A stretch of 64,000 nucleotides of DNA from Epithemia pelagica (taxonomy: Eukaryota > Protista > Bacillariophyta), in NCBI GenBank assembly GCA_946965045.2, contig OX337228.1, positions 3,472,001 to 3,536,000 of the forward strand, given 5' to 3'. The notes under the pieces were generated by a model, which saw only the letters and a program-made list of their open reading frames with translations, ran no database searches and was not told where the DNA came from. How positions within the stretch are numbered: position 1 is the first letter of the stretch; each line of letters opens with the position of its first letter. Below are positions 1 to 8,838 of the stretch, one piece after another. A program made the position numbers and the translations under genes.

Positions 1-2
1 GT

Positions 3-454
3 GTGGGGAGGCTTCTCACGGATTGTCCAAAGATGGAGCTCGAAGACACAGCATCCGATGAGACATCATCCGATGAAAGTGTAGTGCTTGTTTCAGCACG
101 TGTCAAGCCACAATCAAGTAAAACACAAGAACCTGAGTCGATGGACACTGAATCAGATCCAGAGGAAGAAACTGTTTCAGCTTCGGTGGCAGCTAGAAAA
201 AGAAAAGCAGCAATGCATCAGAAAAAAAAGAAAAAGAAATCATCCCAGAAGAAGGCAAAGAGCATCACAAAGACTCTTCCCAATGTTTCCAATTGCCTGA
301 GGACACCCATTGTGATACAAGACCCCAATACTGGATTGGACATAGACATCACAAAACCACATTCATCAACAGCCAGTCTCTCATTGTCTATCCCTGATTC
401 TCAGAAGACTGCATTATATTGGAATTTTTTTCATTGTGGCCAGAAGGAGATTCA
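3..454 (+). pseudogene. hAT transposase, 5' part up to the first half of the BED finger
   Basis: Acidic/basic N-terminus, then LYWNFFH. Removing E1 and one ATTCA copy rejoins the frame: ...QKE-I-H-RKQKDG...CAVCNLC...HMRSSAH. Confidence 0.85.
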
Positions 455-1237
455 TGTTAGAATTCTCACCGTCTATGGTGGTTAGATTCTACATCTCATC
501 GATTCCCCATGTCACATAGCCACGTGCTATCGCATCATGCCCTCTAGCTTCGAGCTATGTTCCCTAGCTTCGCGCTATATCGACCTATATTTCTTCGCAA
601 ATCATGAAAAGTGAGAATAGATTGACGAACTCACTCTCAAGACTAAACTGGGTCGTGCGGTATCACAACGGACATAAATTTGGCCGTTGCTCGGACATTA
701 TACTAACGCCCTAAGCGTACGCGCCCGAAATCATCGAGCGCGCCCAAGCAACATCCGAGCGCTATCGGCATCTATCCGATCCAACGGTCTAAGTATCCCA
801 AGCACGACACACGATCACGCGAGACCATATTTCCATTCCCACAATCTCCAAATTGTCAACAAGCTGCGCGCCATGAAAACAACTATGCCAACCCAAAGCA
901 AGAGCTGTTGACCCTGTATATGTTATCCGCCCACATATACATGTCATATACATCACATGAATCAACTCCAACTATTCCAAACCTGTTGCCGCCAAGAACC
1001 TATGACACATGACCCTTGGCAGGACCGAACATTTCACGTAGACCTATCGTAGTAATCAACACACAATCTAACAATATCACCATTTATCACATCCTCTTTT
1101 GTGTCCCGACTATCCTTCTGATAGACTTCGACTTGCTTGCTTCTCTGACCCTGAGAAGCTTGTATCGGTTGGTGACCTACCTGATTGTCTGCTCTACCGA
1201 GCATCAATGTCCCTACGATTCAGAAAGAATTGTAACA
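455..1237 (+). repeat. E1 5' LTR (783 bp)
   Basis: Direct repeat of 8056-8838 (offset 7601); no differences seen by eye. Confidence 0.97.
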
Positions 1238-1251
1238 GATTAACAGTCTCA
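1238..1251 (+). promoter_or_regulatory. E1 primer binding site, complementary to a tRNA-Asn(GUU) anticodon arm
   Basis: GATTAACAGTCTCA abuts the LTR. Its reverse complement is TGAGA-CT-GTT-AA-TC. The same 14-mer abuts the E2 LTR. Confidence 0.75.
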
Positions 1252-1273
1252 AAGCTTATTTCCTTGTGGTTTC

Positions 1274-2053
1274 ATGGATACTAACGAGATTATCACTCCT
1301 GTACGACAGATCTATCGAGCCAACCTGCATCCCGGGCAGCCCGATACCCTGGTGCAGCAGGAACTGGTGCCGACGCCGAAGGCAGCCAACACATCGGTCA
1401 ACATCTCCGTCGACAGTTCCAACAGCAACCCATTCGAGACTCCAACCCAGCCTCACGCTCCAATCCCTGCGCCGTTGCTTCGGCCCCCGAGTCCGCCTCG
1501 TCGGTTCGCCCCTTCTCGATCCCGTCGTACCACCCGGTTGATTGCTGATCATATCAAGTACTTCCGCCAACCAACTTGTTCGACCTTCGATCCCGAGATC
1601 ATCCGTGGGGAGACCCAGATCGAACGCCAGTTCCAATCGGTGACCCACATCGTCGATCAAGAAGACATTGACCGTCTGAACGACCAACTTCATCGTTCTC
1701 CGAGGCGTCGCCTCATCTTTGCCGCCCTCTCGGGCAACCCCATCCGTACTGTCCACCTCCGCTTCCTAACCTTCGAGCGCCCAACTGGATACTACAATAC
1801 CATCCACGTCGTGAACGCGACGACTTGCCCTCTGCCTCCTAACGTTGTACGCCTAGATAACTACGTTGCCTACATACACGAGGTCCATACCATCGAGGAC
1901 CATCGTGCAACTATCTACCCTTTGCGTACCGAGGTCGAGAACCACCTGGCTGAAGGTGATACCCCTTCTTCTGTTGCTTGTGCTGCCCCATCTGAGCCTG
2001 GAAGCGACTCTGATCATTCGGAAGAGGGTGAGGATTCAGAGACCGAAGCTTAA
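1274..2053 (+). CDS. E1 accessory ORF1, 259 aa, unknown function
   Basis: ATG 22 nt after the PBS. Clear homology to the 259-aa ORF at 50106-50885 (RRTTRLI..H..YFR.P, RFLTF.RP, RLD.YV..IH, RATI.PL). Confidence 0.85.
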   Translation: MDTNEIITPVRQIYRANLHPGQPDTLVQQELVPTPKAANTSVNISVDSSNSNPFETPTQPHAPIPAPLLRPPSPPRRFAPSRSRRTTRLIADHIKYFRQPTCSTFDPEIIRGETQIERQFQSVTHIVDQEDIDRLNDQLHRSPRRRLIFAALSGNPIRTVHLRFLTFERPTGYYNTIHVVNATTCPLPPNVVRLDNYVAYIHEVHTIEDHRATIYPLRTEVENHLAEGDTPSSVACAAPSEPGSDSDHSEEGEDSETEA

Positions 2054-2373
2054 TTACTCATAGTTAACTCCCGTCCTCTCAAAACCTTTCCAAGACTTAA
2101 ACTCAACGCACATCCGGGTATCCTTGGTCGCACAACACGCCACACATTCCCGTCAAATCGCGAAAATTCGGCGAAAATTTGTTGAAACTCGGCGAAAATT
2201 TGTCGAAATCAACGGAAATTTCCAGGAGTCGCACATCACAACACACATCCGGGTATTACATACGTGGTACATACGTGGCACACGTGGTACATCCGGGTTC
2301 ACATCACATCACACATTAAATAAACCACATCACACCGCACAATAAATAAACATCGAACCAACCAAATAACACC

Positions 2374-5300
2374 ATGGATCCTCAATCACCCAAGACACCT
2401 ACGACTCCTAAGGGAGAAGATAACCAAGACAATGTCTCGGACACAGACCTATTCGATCACATCATATTTACTGTCTGCCAATTTTTTACCAAAGAAAGGG
2501 CTGACTACTTAATGAAGTGGATGAAATACCATGGTTTTGAGAACATTACCCATGTTATCTCGTATATGCAAACTAATACCGAGGAATCCATGAAGGAACT
2601 GACACAATACAAGGTCAACAAACAGACACATGATCTACAAGGCCCCACAAGACAGCAGATCAAGCTCTTGGCTTATTGGGCCACATACAAGACCAATGAA
2701 ATTCAAGACGAGCTATCCAATAGCGACTGGATGAACCTAACGAGGAAAGAGTTCAACACTTGGAGGATCAACACAGATTTCTCTAAGGGACCACCTAGCC
2801 AAGTCCCAGTCTCGCCAATGAAGTCACCGTCATCTGTGAAATCTGTCAGCACAGTTACTGCCGCATCCCAATCTCAACAAGACCTTACAGCATTCAGAAA
2901 GGGAACTAAGCGCGACGCAACTGCATATGAGGTATTCAAGGATGAACGATACTACGATTCATTCTGGCGTGTATTCAAGACTACAGCTAAGGCTCAAGGC
3001 CTATCCAACGTTCTGAATTTCAAATACACACCACCCCATGATGATGAGTATGCCGAAGAACTTTTTCAAGAGCAACAAGTATTTCTTTACTCCGTTCTTG
3101 TCCGTATCATTCAGACTGACCAAGGTCGAGCCTATGTACGTGAACATGAACATGATGAAGATGCGCGTGCCGTATTGCAGAAGTTACACTCTTTACATAC
3201 CGAATCCGACCTAGCAAAGCGAGAAGTCCTCCGCTTAACCAACTACATTTCCAATCTACGTCTTGACGACACATGGCGCGGAACAACACGTCAATTTCTT
3301 CTACACTTTCAAGAGCAGCTACGTTTGCTAGACAATTTAGTGACATTGTCTGATCGCATCCCTGATCATACCAGGATGACCTTCCTCATGCAAGCTGTAG
3401 AAAAGGTACCTGATCTCCGCCGAGTCAAGATCTTGGATAATGTGGTGAACACCAAATCCGGTGCAAAATCCCTTTGCTATCAATCATACTTCCGTCTCCT
3501 TCTAGACGCAGCTTATGACCATGATCAAGCAACCCAGTCATCTGTTCATAGTCGCCGTCGACATGTCAAACAACATGAATCACTATATGGCCAAGATACA
3601 GATGCTGACATAACCTCACAAGATGATATGGAGTATCATGTCCACAACACCAAAGCGACATCTGAATCTCCATCCTCTTCGTCCAAGGTTAGTCTACCGC
3701 GTGACCTATGGTTCAAACTTTCTGAAGAAGATCGCAAGTTGATCATTGAGTATAACAAGATGATTCAAGCACCTTCATCAACAACACCGAGGACAGTGCA
3801 AACACATGCCCTCGACATTGATCCGGAACCTGATCCTGATCCCAACCAAGTTGCATCTGATGACGACTCACCTGGCGTAGTCCCTGAGCATTCAGATGAT
3901 TCAGATCCGGTTACACAATTTATCAACCAAGCCATGACGACTGATATCAATCACCCGGCAACTGACCTGACTAGTGTTCTTTCTAACGCCAAGTCCAAGA
4001 CAAGCAAGAAGGTTACTTTCAAAGCCAACATGCATAAACAAGCAGGACATGTCCCACGCTATCTGTTTTCCAGGAAATCTACTTTACCAGGGAATCAATT
4101 GATTGACCGTGGTGCTAATGGAGGACTTGCTGGTTCTGACATGCGCATCCTTTCTAAGACTGGCCGTCATATCACTATTGTGGGTATTGATAACCATGAA
4201 CTTACTGGGCTTCCTGTCGTCACATGTGCCGCAAAGTTTGAGACCAATGATGGACCTATTGTCGGCATCTTCAATGAATATGCTTATTATGGGAAGGGCT
4301 TATCTATCCATGCTCCTGGTCAATTCGAGCATTTCGGACTTGCTGTTGATGAACGATCTGTTAAAGTTGATGGTAAACAACGCATCACTACACTTGATGG
4401 TCGTGCCATACCCCTTCACATCAAGGATGGGTTAGCCTACATCCACTCCTTGGGTATCCCCAGCGACGATGACATGGATACCTTACCTCAGATCATCTTC
4501 ACGTCACCCGACACATGGGATCCTGGTGTTCTGGACCATTCGTCTTCTCCCACACCCTCTGACAATGATCCTGATTGGAAACACGTCAAGACTGATGGTA
4601 GTATGTCGAACCATCCATATGACAACTATGGGGAGTACACTGATCGTGTTGTTTGTAACCTCAATCTCCTTTTGGATCTCCCATATGATCATGGACCTGA
4701 CGACGCACCCTTCTTTTCTATCTATGCTGACGCAGAAGGTAATGATCCTACACTTCATGCCTCTGTCCACCGTCGTTACCAGGAAGCGTATGACTGGAAG
4801 AAGTTCCGTCCATTCTTTGGTTGGCAATCTGAAGATGTTATTGCCGATACGTTCAAGCACACTACACGTAATGGTAGCATTACTTTTGACCACGACACCC
4901 TCAAGAAACATTTCAAGGCTCGCAATCCGGTCCTTAATATACCTCGACGTCATGAACCCGTTGCTACTGACTCGGTTTTCTCCGACACCCCTGCTGTTGA
5001 CCATGGCGGTAAAGTCGCACAAATCTTTGTTGGTCGAGATACTCTGGTTACTGATATCTATGGGATCAAGTCGACCAAACAGTTTGTCAATACTCTCCAG
5101 GATAACATCCGGTTTCGTGGTGCCATGGAGACCCTTATCAGTGATGGTGGTTCATCTCTCATCTCTCAAAAGGTCAAAGACATTCTTCGCACTTTGCTTA
5201 TTGCGGATTATCGATCTGAACCTTATCATCAACACCAGAATAAGGCTGAAAACCGTTATCAGACCGTTAAACGTATGACCAACGCTCTCATGAATGCCAC

Positions 5301-8061
5301 TGGTTGCCCTGCCAACACCTGGCTTCTTTGCCTTGAGTATGTCTGTGACTTATTGAACCATACGTCATCACCCACCCACTCCGGTCGCACTCCTCTTGAG
5401 GCTCTCTGCGGTCGCCCACCCGACATTACTCATCTCTTGTTCTTTCCTTTCTGGGATGAGGTTTACTACCGTGTCGACCCCGCTGAACCCAATTCCGGTT
5501 CATATCCATCTTCTTCTGATGAGAAACTTGGCCACTGGGTTGGTTTTGCTCACAACGTTGGTGATTCTTTTACTTGGAAAATTCTCACCCAGGATAACCA
5601 GATAATCTATCGTTCTGCCGTTCGCCGCGTTGAATCCACTACACCTAACCTACGTGTGGATCGACCTTCAGGGGAGGATTCGTCTGAGAAGGATGACAAT
5701 GATAAGCAAGCTGACACTGTCTTCATTCGCAGTGATAGTGAAGATCCATCCAAACCAATGCCCACGATCGATTTTGACGACATGATAGGACGCACATTCC
5801 TATGCGACACAGAAGAAAATGGGGAGCGACACCGTGCACGTGTCATCAAACGAGTCATTGATCTTAATGAAGAAGCAACGAAACAGGAAGAACGTGTCAA
5901 GTACATTTACCGAAAGACAAATTCTGATGTTGATGAGATGATATCCTATAATCAACTCATGGAGTATATCGAACGAGATAACCAAGCTCAAACCTCTGGA
6001 GATAATCTTTTCAGGTTCAGGGATGTCATTGCCCATCAAGGCCCACTGAACACAACTGATCCAGATTACAAGGGGAGCAAATATAATTTGCTTGTTGATT
6101 GGGAAACTGGGGAGACTACCTATGAACCTTTATCACTCATCGCCAATGATGATCCGATCACTGTAGCAATTTATGGAAAGAAACATGGTTTACTCAACGA
6201 ACCTGGATGGAAGCATTTGAAACGTTATGTCAAAACAAGCAAACGTCTCATTCGAGCAGCCAAACAGTCAAGGATTAAACAAGTTCACCATTCCGTCAAG
6301 TATAAGTTTGGATTTCAAGTACCACGCAATTATGAGGAAGCTGTTGCTCTTGATAAACAACATGGCAACACAAAGTGGCAGGATGCAACAGAATTAGAAT
6401 TGTCACAGATCCAGTCCTACAAGACATTCAAGGATTTTGGGAAAGCCATCTTCATTAAAGGGAAAGTATCCAATGCACCTGAAGGATATCATAAGATACG
6501 TGTGCATCTTGTCTTTGACGTAAAACATGATGGACGACATAAAGCAAGACTTGTCGCAGATGGACATCTCACAAAAGAACCTGTTGAGACAATCTATTCA
6601 GGTGTTGTTTCCATTCGCAACCTCCGCATTGCCTTATTCCTGGGTACTTTGAATGACTTGGAAATATGGGGAGCAGATATTGGAAATGCATATCTGGAAG
6701 CCTTGACAGGGGAGAAAATTTTCATTGTCGCAGGACCTGAATTCAAGGAATTAGAAGGTCACATCCTGATTATATACAAGGCACTTTATGGATTGAAGTC
6801 ATCAGGCGCACGCTGGCATGATGTCTTATTCGATGTTTTGACAGACATGGGATTTTCACCAAGCAAAGCAGATCCGGATATCTGGATGAGGAAAGCACCT
6901 GGAGAAGACTGTTACGAATACATTGCCGTATACGTTGATGACTTAGCCATTATTTCTACTGATCCTGGGAATATCTGCAAGATCCTGAAGGAGAAATACA
7001 ACTTCAAACTCAAAGGAGATGGACCTATTGATTTCCATTTGGGATGTTGTTACACCAAGGATTCTGATGGAACATTCGTAGCAGATCCAAGACGCTACAT
7101 TGGTAAGATGATGGACACTTTCGAACGAATCTTCAAGGAGAAACCCAAGAAAGCCAAAACACCTCTTATTGGTGGAGACCATCCTGAATTGGATGATTCT
7201 GAGCTCCTTGATGAAGAAGGTACTAGCCATTTCCAAACTCTGATTGGACAACTCCAATGGGTGATCACTATTGGTCGTTTCGACGTCTTCACCGCTACAA
7301 TGACGCTATCACGCTTTCGTGCTGCTCCGAGGAAAGGACATCTTGATAGAGCCAAGCGTATCTATGGATACCTTGCACATCTCCCAGAAGGCGCAATCAG
7401 ATTTAGGATTGGAGAGCCTGATTATTCAAGTCTTCCTACCCAAGAATTTGATTGGACTCGCACTGTCTATTCGAATGCAAGTGAACGTATTCCTGAAGAC
7501 TGCCCAACACCTCTTGGCCGCTATGTTACCACAACTCATTATGTTGATGCCAATCTCATGCATGACATAGTCACTGGTAAATCCGTCACTGCTGTTCTAC
7601 ATTTGTTGAACGGAACACCTATTGACTGGTACAGCAAGAGACAGAGCACGGTGGAAACTGCTACCTATGGATCCGAGTTTGTGGCTGCAAGGACAGCAAT
7701 AGATCAGATTACAGAATTACGACATTCTCTCCGCTACCTTGGAGTACCTATCCGAGAGCGAAGTTACTTGTACGGAGATAACAGATCTGTTGTGCTCAAT
7801 GCAACCGTTCCTCACTCCATACTATCCAAGAGACACCATCTTCTGTCATACCACCGAGTTCGTGAAGCCATCGCAGCAAAGTATGTTGCATTCTACTGGA
7901 AAGATGGAAAGACCAACCCTGCCGATATCCTTAGCAAACATTGGGATTTCGTATCTATTTGGCCCATGCTCAAGCCATTGTTGTTTTGGAAAGGAGAAGT
8001 TCAAGATCTCAACAAATCCAATGATGACAAGGCTGAAACGACGAGTTGTGGGGAGTGTTAG
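2374..8061 (+). CDS. gag-pol: E1 gag-pol polyprotein, 1895 aa
   Basis: Protease LIDRGANGG; integrase D (VATDSVF), D (LISDGG), E (KAENRY); RT YVDD; RNase H YVDAN, GSEF, GDN, NPADILSK. The stop codon (8059-8061) lies inside the 3' LTR. Confidence 0.95.
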   Translation: MDPQSPKTPTTPKGEDNQDNVSDTDLFDHIIFTVCQFFTKERADYLMKWMKYHGFENITHVISYMQTNTEESMKELTQYKVNKQTHDLQGPTRQQIKLLAYWATYKTNEIQDELSNSDWMNLTRKEFNTWRINTDFSKGPPSQVPVSPMKSPSSVKSVSTVTAASQSQQDLTAFRKGTKRDATAYEVFKDERYYDSFWRVFKTTAKAQGLSNVLNFKYTPPHDDEYAEELFQEQQVFLYSVLVRIIQTDQGRAYVREHEHDEDARAVLQKLHSLHTESDLAKREVLRLTNYISNLRLDDTWRGTTRQFLLHFQEQLRLLDNLVTLSDRIPDHTRMTFLMQAVEKVPDLRRVKILDNVVNTKSGAKSLCYQSYFRLLLDAAYDHDQATQSSVHSRRRHVKQHESLYGQDTDADITSQDDMEYHVHNTKATSESPSSSSKVSLPRDLWFKLSEEDRKLIIEYNKMIQAPSSTTPRTVQTHALDIDPEPDPDPNQVASDDDSPGVVPEHSDDSDPVTQFINQAMTTDINHPATDLTSVLSNAKSKTSKKVTFKANMHKQAGHVPRYLFSRKSTLPGNQLIDRGANGGLAGSDMRILSKTGRHITIVGIDNHELTGLPVVTCAAKFETNDGPIVGIFNEYAYYGKGLSIHAPGQFEHFGLAVDERSVKVDGKQRITTLDGRAIPLHIKDGLAYIHSLGIPSDDDMDTLPQIIFTSPDTWDPGVLDHSSSPTPSDNDPDWKHVKTDGSMSNHPYDNYGEYTDRVVCNLNLLLDLPYDHGPDDAPFFSIYADAEGNDPTLHASVHRRYQEAYDWKKFRPFFGWQSEDVIADTFKHTTRNGSITFDHDTLKKHFKARNPVLNIPRRHEPVATDSVFSDTPAVDHGGKVAQIFVGRDTLVTDIYGIKSTKQFVNTLQDNIRFRGAMETLISDGGSSLISQKVKDILRTLLIADYRSEPYHQHQNKAENRYQTVKRMTNALMNATGCPANTWLLCLEYVCDLLNHTSSPTHSGRTPLEALCGRPPDITHLLFFPFWDEVYYRVDPAEPNSGSYPSSSDEKLGHWVGFAHNVGDSFTWKILTQDNQIIYRSAVRRVESTTPNLRVDRPSGEDSSEKDDNDKQADTVFIRSDSEDPSKPMPTIDFDDMIGRTFLCDTEENGERHRARVIKRVIDLNEEATKQEERVKYIYRKTNSDVDEMISYNQLMEYIERDNQAQTSGDNLFRFRDVIAHQGPLNTTDPDYKGSKYNLLVDWETGETTYEPLSLIANDDPITVAIYGKKHGLLNEPGWKHLKRYVKTSKRLIRAAKQSRIKQVHHSVKYKFGFQVPRNYEEAVALDKQHGNTKWQDATELELSQIQSYKTFKDFGKAIFIKGKVSNAPEGYHKIRVHLVFDVKHDGRHKARLVADGHLTKEPVETIYSGVVSIRNLRIALFLGTLNDLEIWGADIGNAYLEALTGEKIFIVAGPEFKELEGHILIIYKALYGLKSSGARWHDVLFDVLTDMGFSPSKADPDIWMRKAPGEDCYEYIAVYVDDLAIISTDPGNICKILKEKYNFKLKGDGPIDFHLGCCYTKDSDGTFVADPRRYIGKMMDTFERIFKEKPKKAKTPLIGGDHPELDDSELLDEEGTSHFQTLIGQLQWVITIGRFDVFTATMTLSRFRAAPRKGHLDRAKRIYGYLAHLPEGAIRFRIGEPDYSSLPTQEFDWTRTVYSNASERIPEDCPTPLGRYVTTTHYVDANLMHDIVTGKSVTAVLHLLNGTPIDWYSKRQSTVETATYGSEFVAARTAIDQITELRHSLRYLGVPIRERSYLYGDNRSVVLNATVPHSILSKRHHLLSYHRVREAIAAKYVAFYWKDGKTNPADILSKHWDFVSIWPMLKPLLFWKGEVQDLNKSNDDKAETTSCGEC

Positions 8062-8838
8062 AATTCTCACCGTCTATGGTGGTTAGATTCTACATCTCAT
8101 CGATTCCCCATGTCACATAGCCACGTGCTATCGCATCATGCCCTCTAGCTTCGAGCTATGTTCCCTAGCTTCGCGCTATATCGACCTATATTTCTTCGCA
8201 AATCATGAAAAGTGAGAATAGATTGACGAACTCACTCTCAAGACTAAACTGGGTCGTGCGGTATCACAACGGACATAAATTTGGCCGTTGCTCGGACATT
8301 ATACTAACGCCCTAAGCGTACGCGCCCGAAATCATCGAGCGCGCCCAAGCAACATCCGAGCGCTATCGGCATCTATCCGATCCAACGGTCTAAGTATCCC
8401 AAGCACGACACACGATCACGCGAGACCATATTTCCATTCCCACAATCTCCAAATTGTCAACAAGCTGCGCGCCATGAAAACAACTATGCCAACCCAAAGC
8501 AAGAGCTGTTGACCCTGTATATGTTATCCGCCCACATATACATGTCATATACATCACATGAATCAACTCCAACTATTCCAAACCTGTTGCCGCCAAGAAC
8601 CTATGACACATGACCCTTGGCAGGACCGAACATTTCACGTAGACCTATCGTAGTAATCAACACACAATCTAACAATATCACCATTTATCACATCCTCTTT
8701 TGTGTCCCGACTATCCTTCTGATAGACTTCGACTTGCTTGCTTCTCTGACCCTGAGAAGCTTGTATCGGTTGGTGACCTACCTGATTGTCTGCTCTACCG
8801 AGCATCAATGTCCCTACGATTCAGAAAGAATTGTAACA
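8056..8838 (+). repeat. E1 3' LTR (783 bp)
   Basis: Copy of 455-1237, followed by TSD ATTCA. Confidence 0.97.

Larger units (their letters stand above)
455..8838 (+). mobile_element. Ty1/copia LTR retrotransposon E1 (CoDi-like), full length, apparently intact
   Basis: Two 783-bp LTRs (TGTTA...TAACA). 5-bp TSD ATTCA at 450-454 and 8839-8843. PPT TGTGGGGAG at 8047-8055. Single gag-PR-IN-RT-RH ORF in copia order. Confidence 0.97.

Noticed and set aside
1-10. GTGTGGGGAG at the window start resembling the E1/E2 PPT
   Set aside because: It lies in the hAT reading frame and no LTR follows; coincidence.
1238-1251. A tRNA gene at the PBS tracts
   Set aside because: Only 12-14 nt of anticodon-arm complement; no acceptor, D or T arms.
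687-1284. Short ORFs inside the E1 LTRs (and their copies at 8288-8927)
   Set aside because: They repeat only because the LTR repeats; no protein-level similarity to the E2 LTR ORFs was evident.
1274-2053. ORF1 as an env-like gene
   Set aside because: No signal peptide or transmembrane helix, and it lies 5' of gag rather than 3' of pol.
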